From the IMG/VR virus record IMGVR_UViG_3300010153_000001: a stretch of 60,729 nt of DNA. One strand, 5' to 3'. Source of the DNA: an uncultured virus (IMG/VR IMGVR_UViG_3300010153_000001) (Duplodnaviria > Heunggongvirae > Uroviricota > Caudoviricetes). The position numbers were made by a program, and so were the translations under genes. Numbering within the stretch: the stretch's first letter is position 1; each line of letters opens with the position of its first letter. Below, piece by piece: positions 36,401-42,619 of this stretch. Under the pieces are notes generated by a model. The model did no database searches, was not told the DNA's origin, and saw nothing but the letters and a program-made list of their open reading frames with translations.

Positions 36401-36549
36401 TTAAAGAATGGTGGGCAGACCCAAAAACAAATAGGTTTGAAGCATTAAAACAAACAAAGAGGTCTAATTTAGATGGTATATTAAAAGAATTTAATAACTT
36501 TGACGGCACTGCAGAGAGGTTTATAGATCTAATAAAAAATTGTAAATAA
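21493..36549 (+). CDS. Virion-packaged DNA-dependent RNA polymerase polyprotein (crAss-like / phi14:2 gp66-type, double-psi beta-barrel) with internal zincin domain, 5018 aa
   Basis: GIRIPSQDKHS (RxP, ~33019-33051) followed by SGADFDIDK (DxDxD catalytic loop, 33142-33156); KYHEAFHGVF HExxH at 28021-28035. Size and context fit crAss-like vRNAP loci. Confidence 0.88.
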   Translation: MAELNETLQGNINLPEGPPVVNEQMQPPVGSPEPTIDDNVPAVSDFDFDDVADVLGSPAGDLASLQLVDPAFESMIKNAAITINSSPPITGIHSIHDIYPGKATQHYNPYEQNTPPNLGTSEGKAKLLQQGLYKSLTTPNKHLGPEGYMPDVEFGIRETNFDRFYASRLYDDLGFHPWRNNEEYYNDNSTFWDENQRMRKQMWNVFQTGFTSSWDSFMDYMSGSENPMADLDGAQEFQDAMRIGTSTKTGFGGATNRFLLNGGYTFGIVANIAVEEIVMAAAVALTRNPTTAAAATARTVTNVGRFGKALNWGKGFARATAQELKNSFFYLPGVSKVSAGWSLLKDLNKIENARHFFTATGKGALNFIAPNTMRALSDLNTTKGVARGIHNIKQLQRTFGGFYRDAREINLAIAESKLEAGLVYNEMIDNLYHEYMKHNGEAPPSEHIDQIHQKATAAAAKTFTYNAPLIYISNRIVLGTIFRGMPGGLGRLMRQQQKGMGKRIFRNSKVSPAASKAAKAGKGKIWYDGGATFLQRLKNKGVTGGLGSMGAFALRYTGANFAEGFQELSQEVISKTAKDYYTGLFVDPAQPASALFDTSLDEAIKAQISPQGFEVFMSGFMMGRLVQPVQRTFTEYLPQFFHWSRGNWGSQKHKEAWTKYKEGKENFLERSIKNMNEMAEDPHKYFDKTRLNAVEQKQLNRRLLESTYASDMLSFMDDKDQASFTQLDYLFKTGTQQEFRAMMQDWMKLSDEDLKTAFPEFSKDVKNGKLRGRIESYISRMDKFSRGWEVVQDKYPNPFDSSQFVKGSKEYTEEALREIAWDHSTKLMMYTSDTFTRALERHNSIFQRLSNDSAISKMNPKDISVLLDLKSLKTEIELLESEIKLGATTPAQQEQLETKQKRLELLKNYLDVITDPENFVPTNKEETDIALSADMEYQETEETGDDVFEFKGKKFKASVKPKRRVGTFDRRKINKLKPAFMSYINFLAEAKGEFIKTNDLNEVLKDIVDYKFLKGRSQTYFRAIENIQNPERLSDIAGIIAQTLKTFYDNNQVHVEKSVKKYVSDIEKNELINQLAGQGVYPDGEQVVLFFQEGIIPTIFHSEAGQVSPTSNKEKWETVQNIIKSWQQADQKTDVKPGETLNEEELTQEDEFDDIVRQTENISSEVAEATNSVLVTKWRAYVKGKVGTEGKVLSWKEWQNTKQAKDIKEIRSNLNNYYLQNLTQEQQQEKSFDNWLIENQRAPEVYTIINSKGGSLSDIIITDSDVAQTDKLDRGDEIVQEDPSGIHILKKLVSGQTQEEDEYYFEIVDNNMNNLYEQYKMIDPNGKVIRDHYKTLGEAVGAHEMIIGLLPDNSTFNFQGEDLHWKEVLQDNKDNQFVVITTPKTFNKGRKLYLRPLETANDRNTSFQVDDIGLYRKLDTSKLKPITEEQNLLKLRQSEPIKMYAHRAPGESSHDAEVRLSDRLQSLTPENTNSLKLKVSKNENFESFNVTAGEALPQLGTTEFTNPKLRVGSEELTVAVILGQETLGYLQGPTAAILLDEYGKTVNPLNLTEDQVDDYFQIYKTTKTQIRTKEEQLQIIKNNYASSILLNEKLKELLSGDIEVIVPVNSIKGLDLRVSPGKMLYSRKGEGALFSELVTNKIDGENIWVLDNRSDGEGGVITNITDDNLYEKTAAIVSAASEETGYNPANTLSRYVAVTRLANGTFTFVELKADQLTEQEQNDIVLKILNAQDKTLDENINDNDEVISETLNFKLNEDLKSEFYIFGKSGEFIDIEVTPRGDVQVKYFNTKKKNEVGGPLRISYTINENDLKGVKESNKPFEAFLTAVNNKIKFKDAGLATPIKLKLTKDKFRKAIPAEATPQDLGSVITNFEKELRGKIRMEAVIADSAAINNIINTSTIPSNIQETVEEKINKTDNVMVNAEMESPELTPEYMQNLFKNDFQGVEDSTIKLIARKLATNQDLTPAERTIYINKKNPSVRESINLLKLTYLSGVIEEGGMTDINVNDVTSTTEKSPSRKIADELAVLEEEYDKLEDSIYRTTYETIIPDKTKSTKDTVREANIAANEAVDNDPKLKELDKQIEDLKKKLAPKVINENFGQEHIEQIDQFITWAKQNLPEFIQIQDIQDLSARLKENGKTVGMFVLELNNLFFITPSIKKNVEGSIYVGAQTPFKYHEAFHGVFRMLLSEAEIKKYLAIAKKEKNAELRSEGKKLSEALNELKSSHSIYNNLTKEQLEDRLYEEYLADKFEEFKMNPKGTNTSSEIKSLFTRILEWIKAVFKGFSKNELTTLFENIDAGKYKTTSVQTNRFTTEAVESGVSSQAPKVIPVDSYTYSYNDPFTGKEIVSLANTYMTANDQRTMIATISSLFRSYVDRGDLLIMSRQSVLDKAISDYTKLLDPRREYYTAEDNGIPYRSIRRKLKSFHKALKKNKDIIAQNVTDYLSIYDNKYQIEQDTFEEFENSDDTNVRRVDEYGKSASQIGGINSLSTFLRTFIATTIIEEQDMFGNKETLEGVPIVTTVDYNFAYSGLLKALANKTTDLEMLRALVSFSSSNKHTAAVASNIFKEAGINDPASLLELDQMPKIANTNFIQKVIKGFNQFKVDYMFAHKDTNTDVVFIYAANKKDDSNMQLDQWAEHFEQVYPSLLSDAGKKKALTTLNLFYSKLQNPKERSRAQLDKEAKAVSENLYDLLGIQINAETIKYSILSTKVDRKVWEEAIVQLGLSAGADPITPEDVAQIRNSVSRGENLFLDNQTNIPEKATDEDNTTEEIDHSTGVASRLRKLAKTNSYFDETVGATVFRDPKGNFIYAHQMPTFHLVKVAEMSSKDWAQNKIKENSFFSKNYLLNNEKFLAHAAAGKLKVTRFIGSKEGKLDENEHGTIIENRGLTVNQKPGVSFGESTGAEFIADVINSYVYHYNRNSQKVPLNPYITKEGKDDYYIEAPIDLKVMSDASTNDFVSLPIEKMIEQDESGDIKLTDHSLDALINNILQTEYNRVLKEVNPETAETDVIEGFNTDSIKKGKQLGQRGKRFVRSRGFITRRKSKIKRIGGIQAPLMSKETAKDIVDNNQKIILRGGKAQSKIGLDSGQQSAVLLPYEQEGESRYADVVVKNKGLVSVNNINLDQYIKDLGNAVSTKPIAGKKKQNTAKIGEITYYFQRLDDAKFFSGKIDQYVYEFITSDTTEETDVEAGVEEVQTPEGVEEQVVFFESDNFVEETLINAAKEELSFEDAMKRVGEDKLKEIIEERILTDFFDFRRLLSNIRATEKLSVEITSGLGEMVRPQKGKRGRPYYKTTEAGKKAMKLYNLKENDLDYNLAQIYMHQFINARSMNEVLLGDHAKLFTNFTDEIKRAKMQNAAGPSAASALTAPKLGINHTFMSDNSISLFTYHDPEVMNKFSTGTTKETDAFMVGTVKAFRHFWFGIGNLTTEQANLLDKIQAGEQITVDDMWGNVALGTEGYKKLNALINSKKFVYGDGQTYLKMSFFVLTPELTSYKDRFGEWKALPQMEQLHHLRVKMENFEKGKETVAIAIPTSGSKMMKKNVVSAEEMYSNKSIEELQANYGERKINTGLNPKWMRLQVVNPSNKIEIVDPRQMKQLVTSEQSDNVEVVIDGKVTTLGEVRKTYHKSVAAQTTLRFKNRRNLVFDMNTALDEIGKSKDLGKTTPNLRSFLRYAMAGLESSQAKTQMLEFFSFDEVGNPKYDLNNPITIDKFQQLFLAYFSKGVLAGRQPGVSLALASSYGVKPMRRVKKVDENGQPIETEIIRMDEFKKNPSKYKPVDKFIDGKWVDVKKGDIILQELQHNVYDAERKIYYSEFMMAPHHRDVHKFIKPGDIIPKAVAEALGIRIPSQDKHSAISLRLVDFLPVYYGSTAMFSKELIEISGADFDIDKLYTALKDFYYEKGDFKEYGKAETEKGRYTEYIRYIISQVNRRGSTINEAVINWSTNDSQFLDAEQTEDLQDEIARKTASELVVNADLFNKSYTAKILGYILEINDNITDQQIIKLYNKNEDLYGALKSLGLPVTLKEYKAYVEKHGEPYEGAINNNILDQRIALVANEGVVKPIDGREIGYGNEPANLEPLYEIRDFLEETFPELADFANPEDIDPDNMLGLIETWNSIKTGEGGIGAAVRPNVVLGMLGENGVVLKSKKVGGKELYPQIRFNKITYNKFGTPYSIDGKTTKDKATRTQYLISSLITMMTDNAKERLADVLGVNKNSLAVLTNLSSLGVPIQTSILLLKNPVIKLGYEFAINKPTPMSPGISKILQKRQKFLNKEFEITTEPVTTEALIEAINNDWLDPTIPLATGFGDNLTGQTPEGYTDKQASVEYAINRQFITARRVADYTGHLGSLVDLLSGFGRTMEVVDSRAENFKKLGLDLTDSEFAKLRDDNYLDLDRPSDAPFVPFDARPIIKGDDFRATYYKIFKEFTEDLLPAVFITRTDNFIKMKNTVIANMVRNNQIVNSERRNAIEKDVLSYLTIKAYRQFLLNSENGIEKLASLQNGMIYDDVGGKDTLTIESITKSIRNYFASKGRENYFIEKFVNLDLSTNETNKANINRLKGNNWTKMSDSRAVDLQASFAEIYSEPALRPHAYDLVHYLLVKDGMQFANNTFLSAIPAFMFDQILNSISAGHRLLKSETATTSSYDLIFGMGAKELANEFAEGYLKSNKNGWLLPQITSVTSDETRPGHIDSDGNLQLNMFAGVNSYMNQKGEKVVKGKKFKFKRKGKSIFIDTTSKEYKRLVTNIGELSNMGVIFTAIDVDGKTHLEMNMPLYFRNQYQDAFGRTYTKDFQLNQAYKESQFSQTGDVLNMLEGEELIVKGWQATYVPVELVGSNQATAVAFANGEVPTYNSLKPKNIDPIDNILKNLNIQDIEKQIEGLDFNQIQELYDEATNTGKEVSSTNKGVKIDGKKIDSNTPAPEFNLTDAIMKSLSVSEEDIVGDNVENTNLLLNQLGISQVEKSNKSDEEIKVIKEWWADPKTNRFEALKQTKRSNLDGILKEFNNFDGTAERFIDLIKNCK

Positions 36550-36550
36550 G

Positions 36551-39500
36551 ATGGCAAATTGTTATAATAAGAATACACCACAATATAGAGCTCTTCAAAC
36601 TAAATATAAGAGTTCATTAACAGTGGATGGTTATATTGATACATATCAACGTATTACAAAATCAGAGGAAATACCTACAGTACAAAATGTAGAAGAGATG
36701 CTTACTAGAAGAAAAACTATGATGTCTCTTAAGAAAAGAAACTATAAAAAATCTATATTAGCTAACCTTAGTAGAAAAAATATTATACATAATAGATTTG
36801 GAGAATACAGAGTTAATCATAGTCATTCTGTAACTAGAGCCTTTAGTCCTGGTGTATTAAAAACTAATTACAATAAGGTTCTTACATTATTACAATTTAA
36901 TAGAATACCTACTGATGCAGTAACATTTAAGAAAATATCTAATAATGTAAGTAATACTGATCCTACATATTTTGAAACTTATATAATTGATATAAATGAA
37001 AATCTTTTATCACACTTAGATGCATTAAAAGATACAGTAGATAAAAGTAAAACTCACATTGCAGATATAATAGCACAACTAAAAAGAGTATTTCCTAATG
37101 TAGATGTTGATATAGTATCTACAAAAGAAGCAGAAGAATATTATAATACTTTACCTTTAATACAAAAAGCTAAAGTTCCTTTTAACAAAATTAATGCTTA
37201 TTACCAAGGTGGAGTTGTTAAGTTAATTAAGAATAAGATTACATCTGAAATAGCTGCTGAAGAAATATTACATCCATTTATATCTGCTATAAAACAAGAT
37301 AATAATGCTTTGTATAATGGACTATTACAAGAAGCAAAAGAAATGTTTCCTTTATTAAGACAAGAAATAAATGATAGTTATACAGACGGTAGAGGGTTTA
37401 CAGCAGTTGATAGAGATTTAGAATTAGTAACTCAAGCATTAGCCCGTCACTTTAAAAAAGAATATGAAGAAAGCCCTACAGAAAATTGGAGATCTAAGAT
37501 AGCAGACTTATTAAAATGGTTTCTAAAATTAGTACAACAAGTATCTGATTATGTTCTTGGAGATAAATTAAGATTAACTGTAGATGTAATAAAACCTAAT
37601 GCAAAATTATCTGACATTGCACAATTATTAAATACGGAGGATCTTCAGATAATGTTAGATATTAAAGCAGATCAGCAAGTAAGATATGCATTAGATCCTG
37701 AGACAAAAAGAGTAATAGATTATGCAAAAGGAAAAGCTAATGATGTTCAAAAGATGATCATAGATAACTTTTTTAATACAGCAACTAAATCTGAATTTGC
37801 TGTAAATAGCTTGAGTACAGATAATGTTATACTTGATAGAGATACACATACATACATTAATCTTTCTGACAGTAATTTAACTTATACATCTGTAACAACT
37901 GCTATTAAAGGTAAACTTAATGATGATGGAGCATATGAATTAAACAGATTACTGGGTAATGATTTTGATACTATACTAGAAAGTATTACAATGAATATAT
38001 CTTTTGAAGAAATGCCAACACTAAATATTCTAGAAGAAAGTGTTGCTAGAAAAGCTTATGAAGCTCTTCAACATTATACATTTGGTATTGAAGCTGATGG
38101 TAGTGTTCTTATTCCACAGGTTATTGTATCTGATAAGAAGTCTGGTATTGCAGGAATGATTGATCTATTAAGAGTACATCCTGATGGATCTCTTACTATT
38201 ATAGATTTGAAATCAAGTAAAAATTCATCTAAAGGATATGCCTATAATGATGTTGTATATCCTGTAAATGAAGGTAGTGTTTTTTATGATCCTTCAAACC
38301 CAGATAAAAAGGTATTTACAACTAGTCAACAACATTCTATTCAGACTAATTTGTATAAGAGGATATTAGAGAACATGGGTTATCAAGTTCATGAAGAATC
38401 TCAAACATTCCATGTGTTAGTAGGAGTTGAAGGAAAGGGTAGGAATCAAGAGTTCACAGGAACATTTCAATTAGATGGAACAACTTTTCATCCATCAACC
38501 CAAAGTAAAAGATATATAGATCAGATTGTACCTTATAATGTTAATCAAACTACAGAACAAGCTTTAGATGATGCTCTTGAATCTTCAGGTATATTTGAAC
38601 CTGCTAGTATATTAAATAACGAACCACAAGAACAAGCTCCTCAGAGTGATGCACCAACAGATGCAGCATACAGTTCAATATTTGATGCAGTAAATACTTT
38701 TAAGAAAGGAGCTATAACAAGAAAACAAGCTTGGGAATCATTAAGAAGTAGTACATTATTTAATATGTCTGAGTCAGAATATATTGAAGAATTAGAACAG
38801 ACTGTATCAGCTATTAATGTAGCAATGCTTAGAGGTACTGTAGATGTAGTATTTACAGAAATGCTACAGAAGGGTATCAAAAAGATTGAAGATATTATAG
38901 AATATTTAGGAAAGAAAGAAAACTTTACAGATCCTGCATATATTAAACATGTATTATATTGGAAAAAATTTGTTGAGGTATACCGTGGTTTAGCTAATAT
39001 ATCAAATGCAGATGGATTAAATAAATCTCAACTTATACTAAAAGAGAAATTACAAACTTTACTTAATGATCTTGTAGGTGAATCACAAAATGATAGAGGT
39101 GATAAGATACCAGGAATATTAGATAGTGCATTAGAAAACTATGTAGTTGCATGGGCACTTGATAGAACTAATAGAAATGATATAACTGAAGAAGATGTAA
39201 AAGCTATGGTTAAACATGCAGAAGATATTGGCATGGTAGGTCATTTAACAGGAGATGCGGATACATCAGGAGATATATTAATGGCTTTAATGGCAAAAGA
39301 ATTTAAGGCTAAGAAACAAGAAATGCTAGATAAAGTTCAAACTATAGGTGAAGACATTAGAAGTCATGCAGGTAGATTATTAAAATTAAGCCCAGGTAAT
39401 ACAATTGATTTTGAGTATATGATGGTAATGGATGAAAAGGGAGAATGGTCAGGGCAATATGTTAGACCAATTGGATACCAGTATTATAGTAAGTTAAATG

Positions 39501-42148
39501 AATTATATAGTAAATTGTCTGACTCAGATGGAAATAAATTAAGATATATTGAAAAAGCTAATGAGAAGGATTATACTGATACAGAAAGAGAACATAATAA
39601 AAAATTAGCTAAAGCTAAATCAGACTATTCTGATTTTATGAGACCTGAAGAGCTAACTAAAGAAGGAAGAAAAGATGGTAAGTATCATAAATTAACTAAG
39701 GAATTTATAAATGCTAGAGATAAAGTCATGGTATATAGACCTTCTATAAGACAATATGTACGAAAGGGTGGTGTATCAGATATAGAAGTTCAGAACTTTA
39801 AGAATAAGTACTATGATGAGATTACTTATTATAGAAAAATGAAAGATAGCTATGGTGACTTTACAGGTGTAGTTAAATTAGATACAATGCCTGTAATTAA
39901 AAAAGATTATGTAGAGAAAAGAGAATGGAGTGGGGATGGACAAGATATGAGAGATTCTAAATATACTGCTATTATGAATCCTACTAATGAGTTAGAGAGA
40001 GCACAGAAAGATTTCTATTTAATGTTTAGAAGAGTATATGAAGAAGAACTATTACCAATGCTTCCAAAGAATGTTGAAGGTTTAATGAGTGGAACTAGCC
40101 CAATGGTTAGAGATAGATTCATGAAAGAATTAGAAGCTAAACCAGACATTGTTAAAAGATTATGGGGTAAGATGGGAGAAGGTTGGTCAAACTTTTGGAA
40201 TACTAGTACAAGACAAGAAGTAGTAGCATTTGATGAACATGGTGATTTTGTTGAAGATACATTACCTATTTATTATGTTGGTGTTCCACAAACAGAAGCA
40301 GCTTTAGAATCTATTAATAATAAAGTTAAACTTAAAATTAAAGAAATTAAAGAAGCAAAAAATGCAAAAGAAGAAGAAGCATTAAACTTACAATTAAAAA
40401 AATTAAGATTAGAGAGATCACGATTACAAGATCAACCAACTAGAAAACAAATGAGTAAAGATCTAGCAGACAATCTATTACGGTTTGCTGGTATGGCTCA
40501 GAACTATGCAAGCATGGGTCAGATAGAAGATACTTTAAAAGCTGTTATGATAACTATGGAGAAAAGAACTTATACACCTGCTGAATATAAATTGGTAACT
40601 AAAATTAAAAGTGGATTCAAGAAAGTAGGTCTTAAAGGTACAGGAGGAACAAGAGGTGAGGCAAGATTATTACAAAGAGCACGTAAGTTTATGAGTATGA
40701 CTTTTTATGATAATGAAAAAAGGAGTCTTGAATGGTATGATAAATTAGCATCAAAGGTTATTTCTTTTTCTTCATTAGGTTATGTTGGATTTAATGTTTT
40801 TGGTAACATTAATAACTTTGTAATGGGTAGAGTTAACAATGGTATAGAAGCTGCAGGTGCTTTATACTTTGATAGAGGTGCTTATCTTAAAGCAACTGGG
40901 GAGTTTAATAAAAGAATGGGTTTTGATTATTTTAATAGATGGGCTCATAATTATCATGGTGCCTTTGGTGCAGGGAAATATGAAGAGTATAAACCTATAA
41001 GTAAGTTTGAAGCAAGTGTTGGTCTCTTTAGAATGGTAGATGATAAAACAGATATACGTGAGACAACAAAAACAGCAGGAGTAGAAGGTAGAGCTTCCAG
41101 GATGATTAATTCTGTAGCATATTCTTTGAATGATGCTTTTGAATATAATGTACAAACTAAAACTGGATTAGCTATTTTGTATAGTCTAGAAGCAGACAAT
41201 GGTAAGAAGGAAGGAGAAGGAGGTAGAAAAGTAACAAGTTTATATGATGCTCTAGAATATAATAATACCACAGGAAAGATGACAATGAAAACTGAGTTTA
41301 CTCATGTTACATTAAGGAATGGAAAAAGAAAGGTGTGGAATGATCAGGTTAGATATGAGATTAGAAATTATATACGTGAGGTAAATAAACAAATACATGG
41401 TAACTATGCTAGAGAAGATAGAATGGTTATTCAAGCTCATACAATAGGAATGCTTGCTGCACAATTTCATAAATGGATTGCCCCTGCTGTTAAAGCTAGA
41501 TTTAGAAAAGAATACTTTGATGAAAACTTAGGTTATCTAGAAGGTAGATATTTATCCTTTGTTAATTTCTTAGCTTATTCTGCTAAAAATTTAAATAGTA
41601 TAGGTAAACTTCAGAGTAATTATAAAGCATTTAATGGTGAGAAAGGTATGATGAAGTTAAAGAATGTACATAGAACAATGGGTGAATTAATGATCTTTAT
41701 GACTGTGTATACATTAAATAATTTATTAGCTGCTTGGGACGAAGATGATGATGACTCAAAAAAATCAGCTACAAGAAAAAGATTAGAGAATGCATTAATG
41801 TATCAGATGAATAGATTACAAAAAGAAATGTTATTATATATACCAGTATTTGGAGGGAATGAACAAATACAAATAGTAGAAAGTCCCATATCATCTACTA
41901 GAATAGCAGGTGAATTTAGTGGTGCTTTTTTAGAAACATTAAGATGGATTCCAAATCTACCTGCATATATGACATTAGAAGGTGCAGAATTAGAACGATG
42001 GAAAAAGGAGTCAGGATTATATTATACAAGAGGAAATAGAAAAGGTCAAGCTAAACTTGGTAAAGAATGGGGAGATTTTATACCATTATGGTATACTATA
42101 AACAGATGGTTAGCGTTTGATAATATTAAAAACTTTCACATTAAATAA
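36551..42148 (+). CDS. Giant virion/ejection protein (1865 aa) with degenerate zincin-like motif and PD-(D/E)xK nuclease domain
   Basis: AAEEILHPF (~37253-37279); GIAGMIDLLRVHPDGSLTIIDLKSS (~38144-38218) then QHSIQTNLYKRILE, typical of PD-(D/E)xK Cas4/RecB-like nucleases. Confidence 0.7.
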   Translation: MANCYNKNTPQYRALQTKYKSSLTVDGYIDTYQRITKSEEIPTVQNVEEMLTRRKTMMSLKKRNYKKSILANLSRKNIIHNRFGEYRVNHSHSVTRAFSPGVLKTNYNKVLTLLQFNRIPTDAVTFKKISNNVSNTDPTYFETYIIDINENLLSHLDALKDTVDKSKTHIADIIAQLKRVFPNVDVDIVSTKEAEEYYNTLPLIQKAKVPFNKINAYYQGGVVKLIKNKITSEIAAEEILHPFISAIKQDNNALYNGLLQEAKEMFPLLRQEINDSYTDGRGFTAVDRDLELVTQALARHFKKEYEESPTENWRSKIADLLKWFLKLVQQVSDYVLGDKLRLTVDVIKPNAKLSDIAQLLNTEDLQIMLDIKADQQVRYALDPETKRVIDYAKGKANDVQKMIIDNFFNTATKSEFAVNSLSTDNVILDRDTHTYINLSDSNLTYTSVTTAIKGKLNDDGAYELNRLLGNDFDTILESITMNISFEEMPTLNILEESVARKAYEALQHYTFGIEADGSVLIPQVIVSDKKSGIAGMIDLLRVHPDGSLTIIDLKSSKNSSKGYAYNDVVYPVNEGSVFYDPSNPDKKVFTTSQQHSIQTNLYKRILENMGYQVHEESQTFHVLVGVEGKGRNQEFTGTFQLDGTTFHPSTQSKRYIDQIVPYNVNQTTEQALDDALESSGIFEPASILNNEPQEQAPQSDAPTDAAYSSIFDAVNTFKKGAITRKQAWESLRSSTLFNMSESEYIEELEQTVSAINVAMLRGTVDVVFTEMLQKGIKKIEDIIEYLGKKENFTDPAYIKHVLYWKKFVEVYRGLANISNADGLNKSQLILKEKLQTLLNDLVGESQNDRGDKIPGILDSALENYVVAWALDRTNRNDITEEDVKAMVKHAEDIGMVGHLTGDADTSGDILMALMAKEFKAKKQEMLDKVQTIGEDIRSHAGRLLKLSPGNTIDFEYMMVMDEKGEWSGQYVRPIGYQYYSKLNELYSKLSDSDGNKLRYIEKANEKDYTDTEREHNKKLAKAKSDYSDFMRPEELTKEGRKDGKYHKLTKEFINARDKVMVYRPSIRQYVRKGGVSDIEVQNFKNKYYDEITYYRKMKDSYGDFTGVVKLDTMPVIKKDYVEKREWSGDGQDMRDSKYTAIMNPTNELERAQKDFYLMFRRVYEEELLPMLPKNVEGLMSGTSPMVRDRFMKELEAKPDIVKRLWGKMGEGWSNFWNTSTRQEVVAFDEHGDFVEDTLPIYYVGVPQTEAALESINNKVKLKIKEIKEAKNAKEEEALNLQLKKLRLERSRLQDQPTRKQMSKDLADNLLRFAGMAQNYASMGQIEDTLKAVMITMEKRTYTPAEYKLVTKIKSGFKKVGLKGTGGTRGEARLLQRARKFMSMTFYDNEKRSLEWYDKLASKVISFSSLGYVGFNVFGNINNFVMGRVNNGIEAAGALYFDRGAYLKATGEFNKRMGFDYFNRWAHNYHGAFGAGKYEEYKPISKFEASVGLFRMVDDKTDIRETTKTAGVEGRASRMINSVAYSLNDAFEYNVQTKTGLAILYSLEADNGKKEGEGGRKVTSLYDALEYNNTTGKMTMKTEFTHVTLRNGKRKVWNDQVRYEIRNYIREVNKQIHGNYAREDRMVIQAHTIGMLAAQFHKWIAPAVKARFRKEYFDENLGYLEGRYLSFVNFLAYSAKNLNSIGKLQSNYKAFNGEKGMMKLKNVHRTMGELMIFMTVYTLNNLLAAWDEDDDDSKKSATRKRLENALMYQMNRLQKEMLLYIPVFGGNEQIQIVESPISSTRIAGEFSGAFLETLRWIPNLPAYMTLEGAELERWKKESGLYYTRGNRKGQAKLGKEWGDFIPLWYTINRWLAFDNIKNFHIK

Positions 42149-42150
42149 CT

Positions 42151-42495
42151 ATGGAAAAAACAAAGAAAGATAAACAGCCTTATAAACCATTACCTGATTA
42201 TCTATCTATCGGGCCTTCAGATATTCATGGTGCTGGTATTATTGCTAATGAAGATATACCTAAAGATATTGAAATGGGAATCAGCCATGTGTATGATCCA
42301 GAATTTCAACATGATTATATTAGAACACCATTAGGAGGATTTGTAAATCATTCTGATACACCTAATTGTGAATTAGTAGATAAGGATGATGATTACCATT
42401 ATAAAACTATTAAGACTATTAAGAAGATACAAGCAGGTCAAGAGCTTACTTTAAAGTATTCTTTATATCCTTTATGTGATTATCTTAATGAATAG
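42151..42495 (+). CDS. SET-domain protein (putative protein-lysine methyltransferase)
   Basis: SDIHGAGIIANEDI (motif I), GFVNHSDTPNC (NHS motif), IQAGQELTLKY (ELxxxY). Confidence 0.85.
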   Translation: MEKTKKDKQPYKPLPDYLSIGPSDIHGAGIIANEDIPKDIEMGISHVYDPEFQHDYIRTPLGGFVNHSDTPNCELVDKDDDYHYKTIKTIKKIQAGQELTLKYSLYPLCDYLNE

Positions 42496-42544
42496 TTAAC
42501 ATTAATTTAATATAAGTAGGGATTACATTACGTATCTTATTAAT

Positions 42545-42619
42545 ATGAAACGTATAGATATAACCCCAGCTATTTACATTGTTCTTATGGTTATTGTGTT
42601 TGTTCTAGGTACTATGTAA
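42545..42619 (+). CDS. Possible 24-aa single-TM peptide MKRIDITPAIYIVLMVIVFVLGTM
   Basis: Translated by hand; below the ORF-track cutoff. Hydrophobic helix; stop overlaps the convergent nrdJ end. Confidence 0.35.
   Translation: MKRIDITPAIYIVLMVIVFVLGTM

Noticed and set aside
5086..41271. Many 60-105 aa antisense or alternate-frame ORFs inside the giant genes (e.g. 5086-5301, 8225-8479, 13122-13364, 15883-16198, 33699-33995, 40862-41271)
   Set aside because: Fully nested in long, motif-bearing ORFs and with no recognisable features; expected shadow ORFs.
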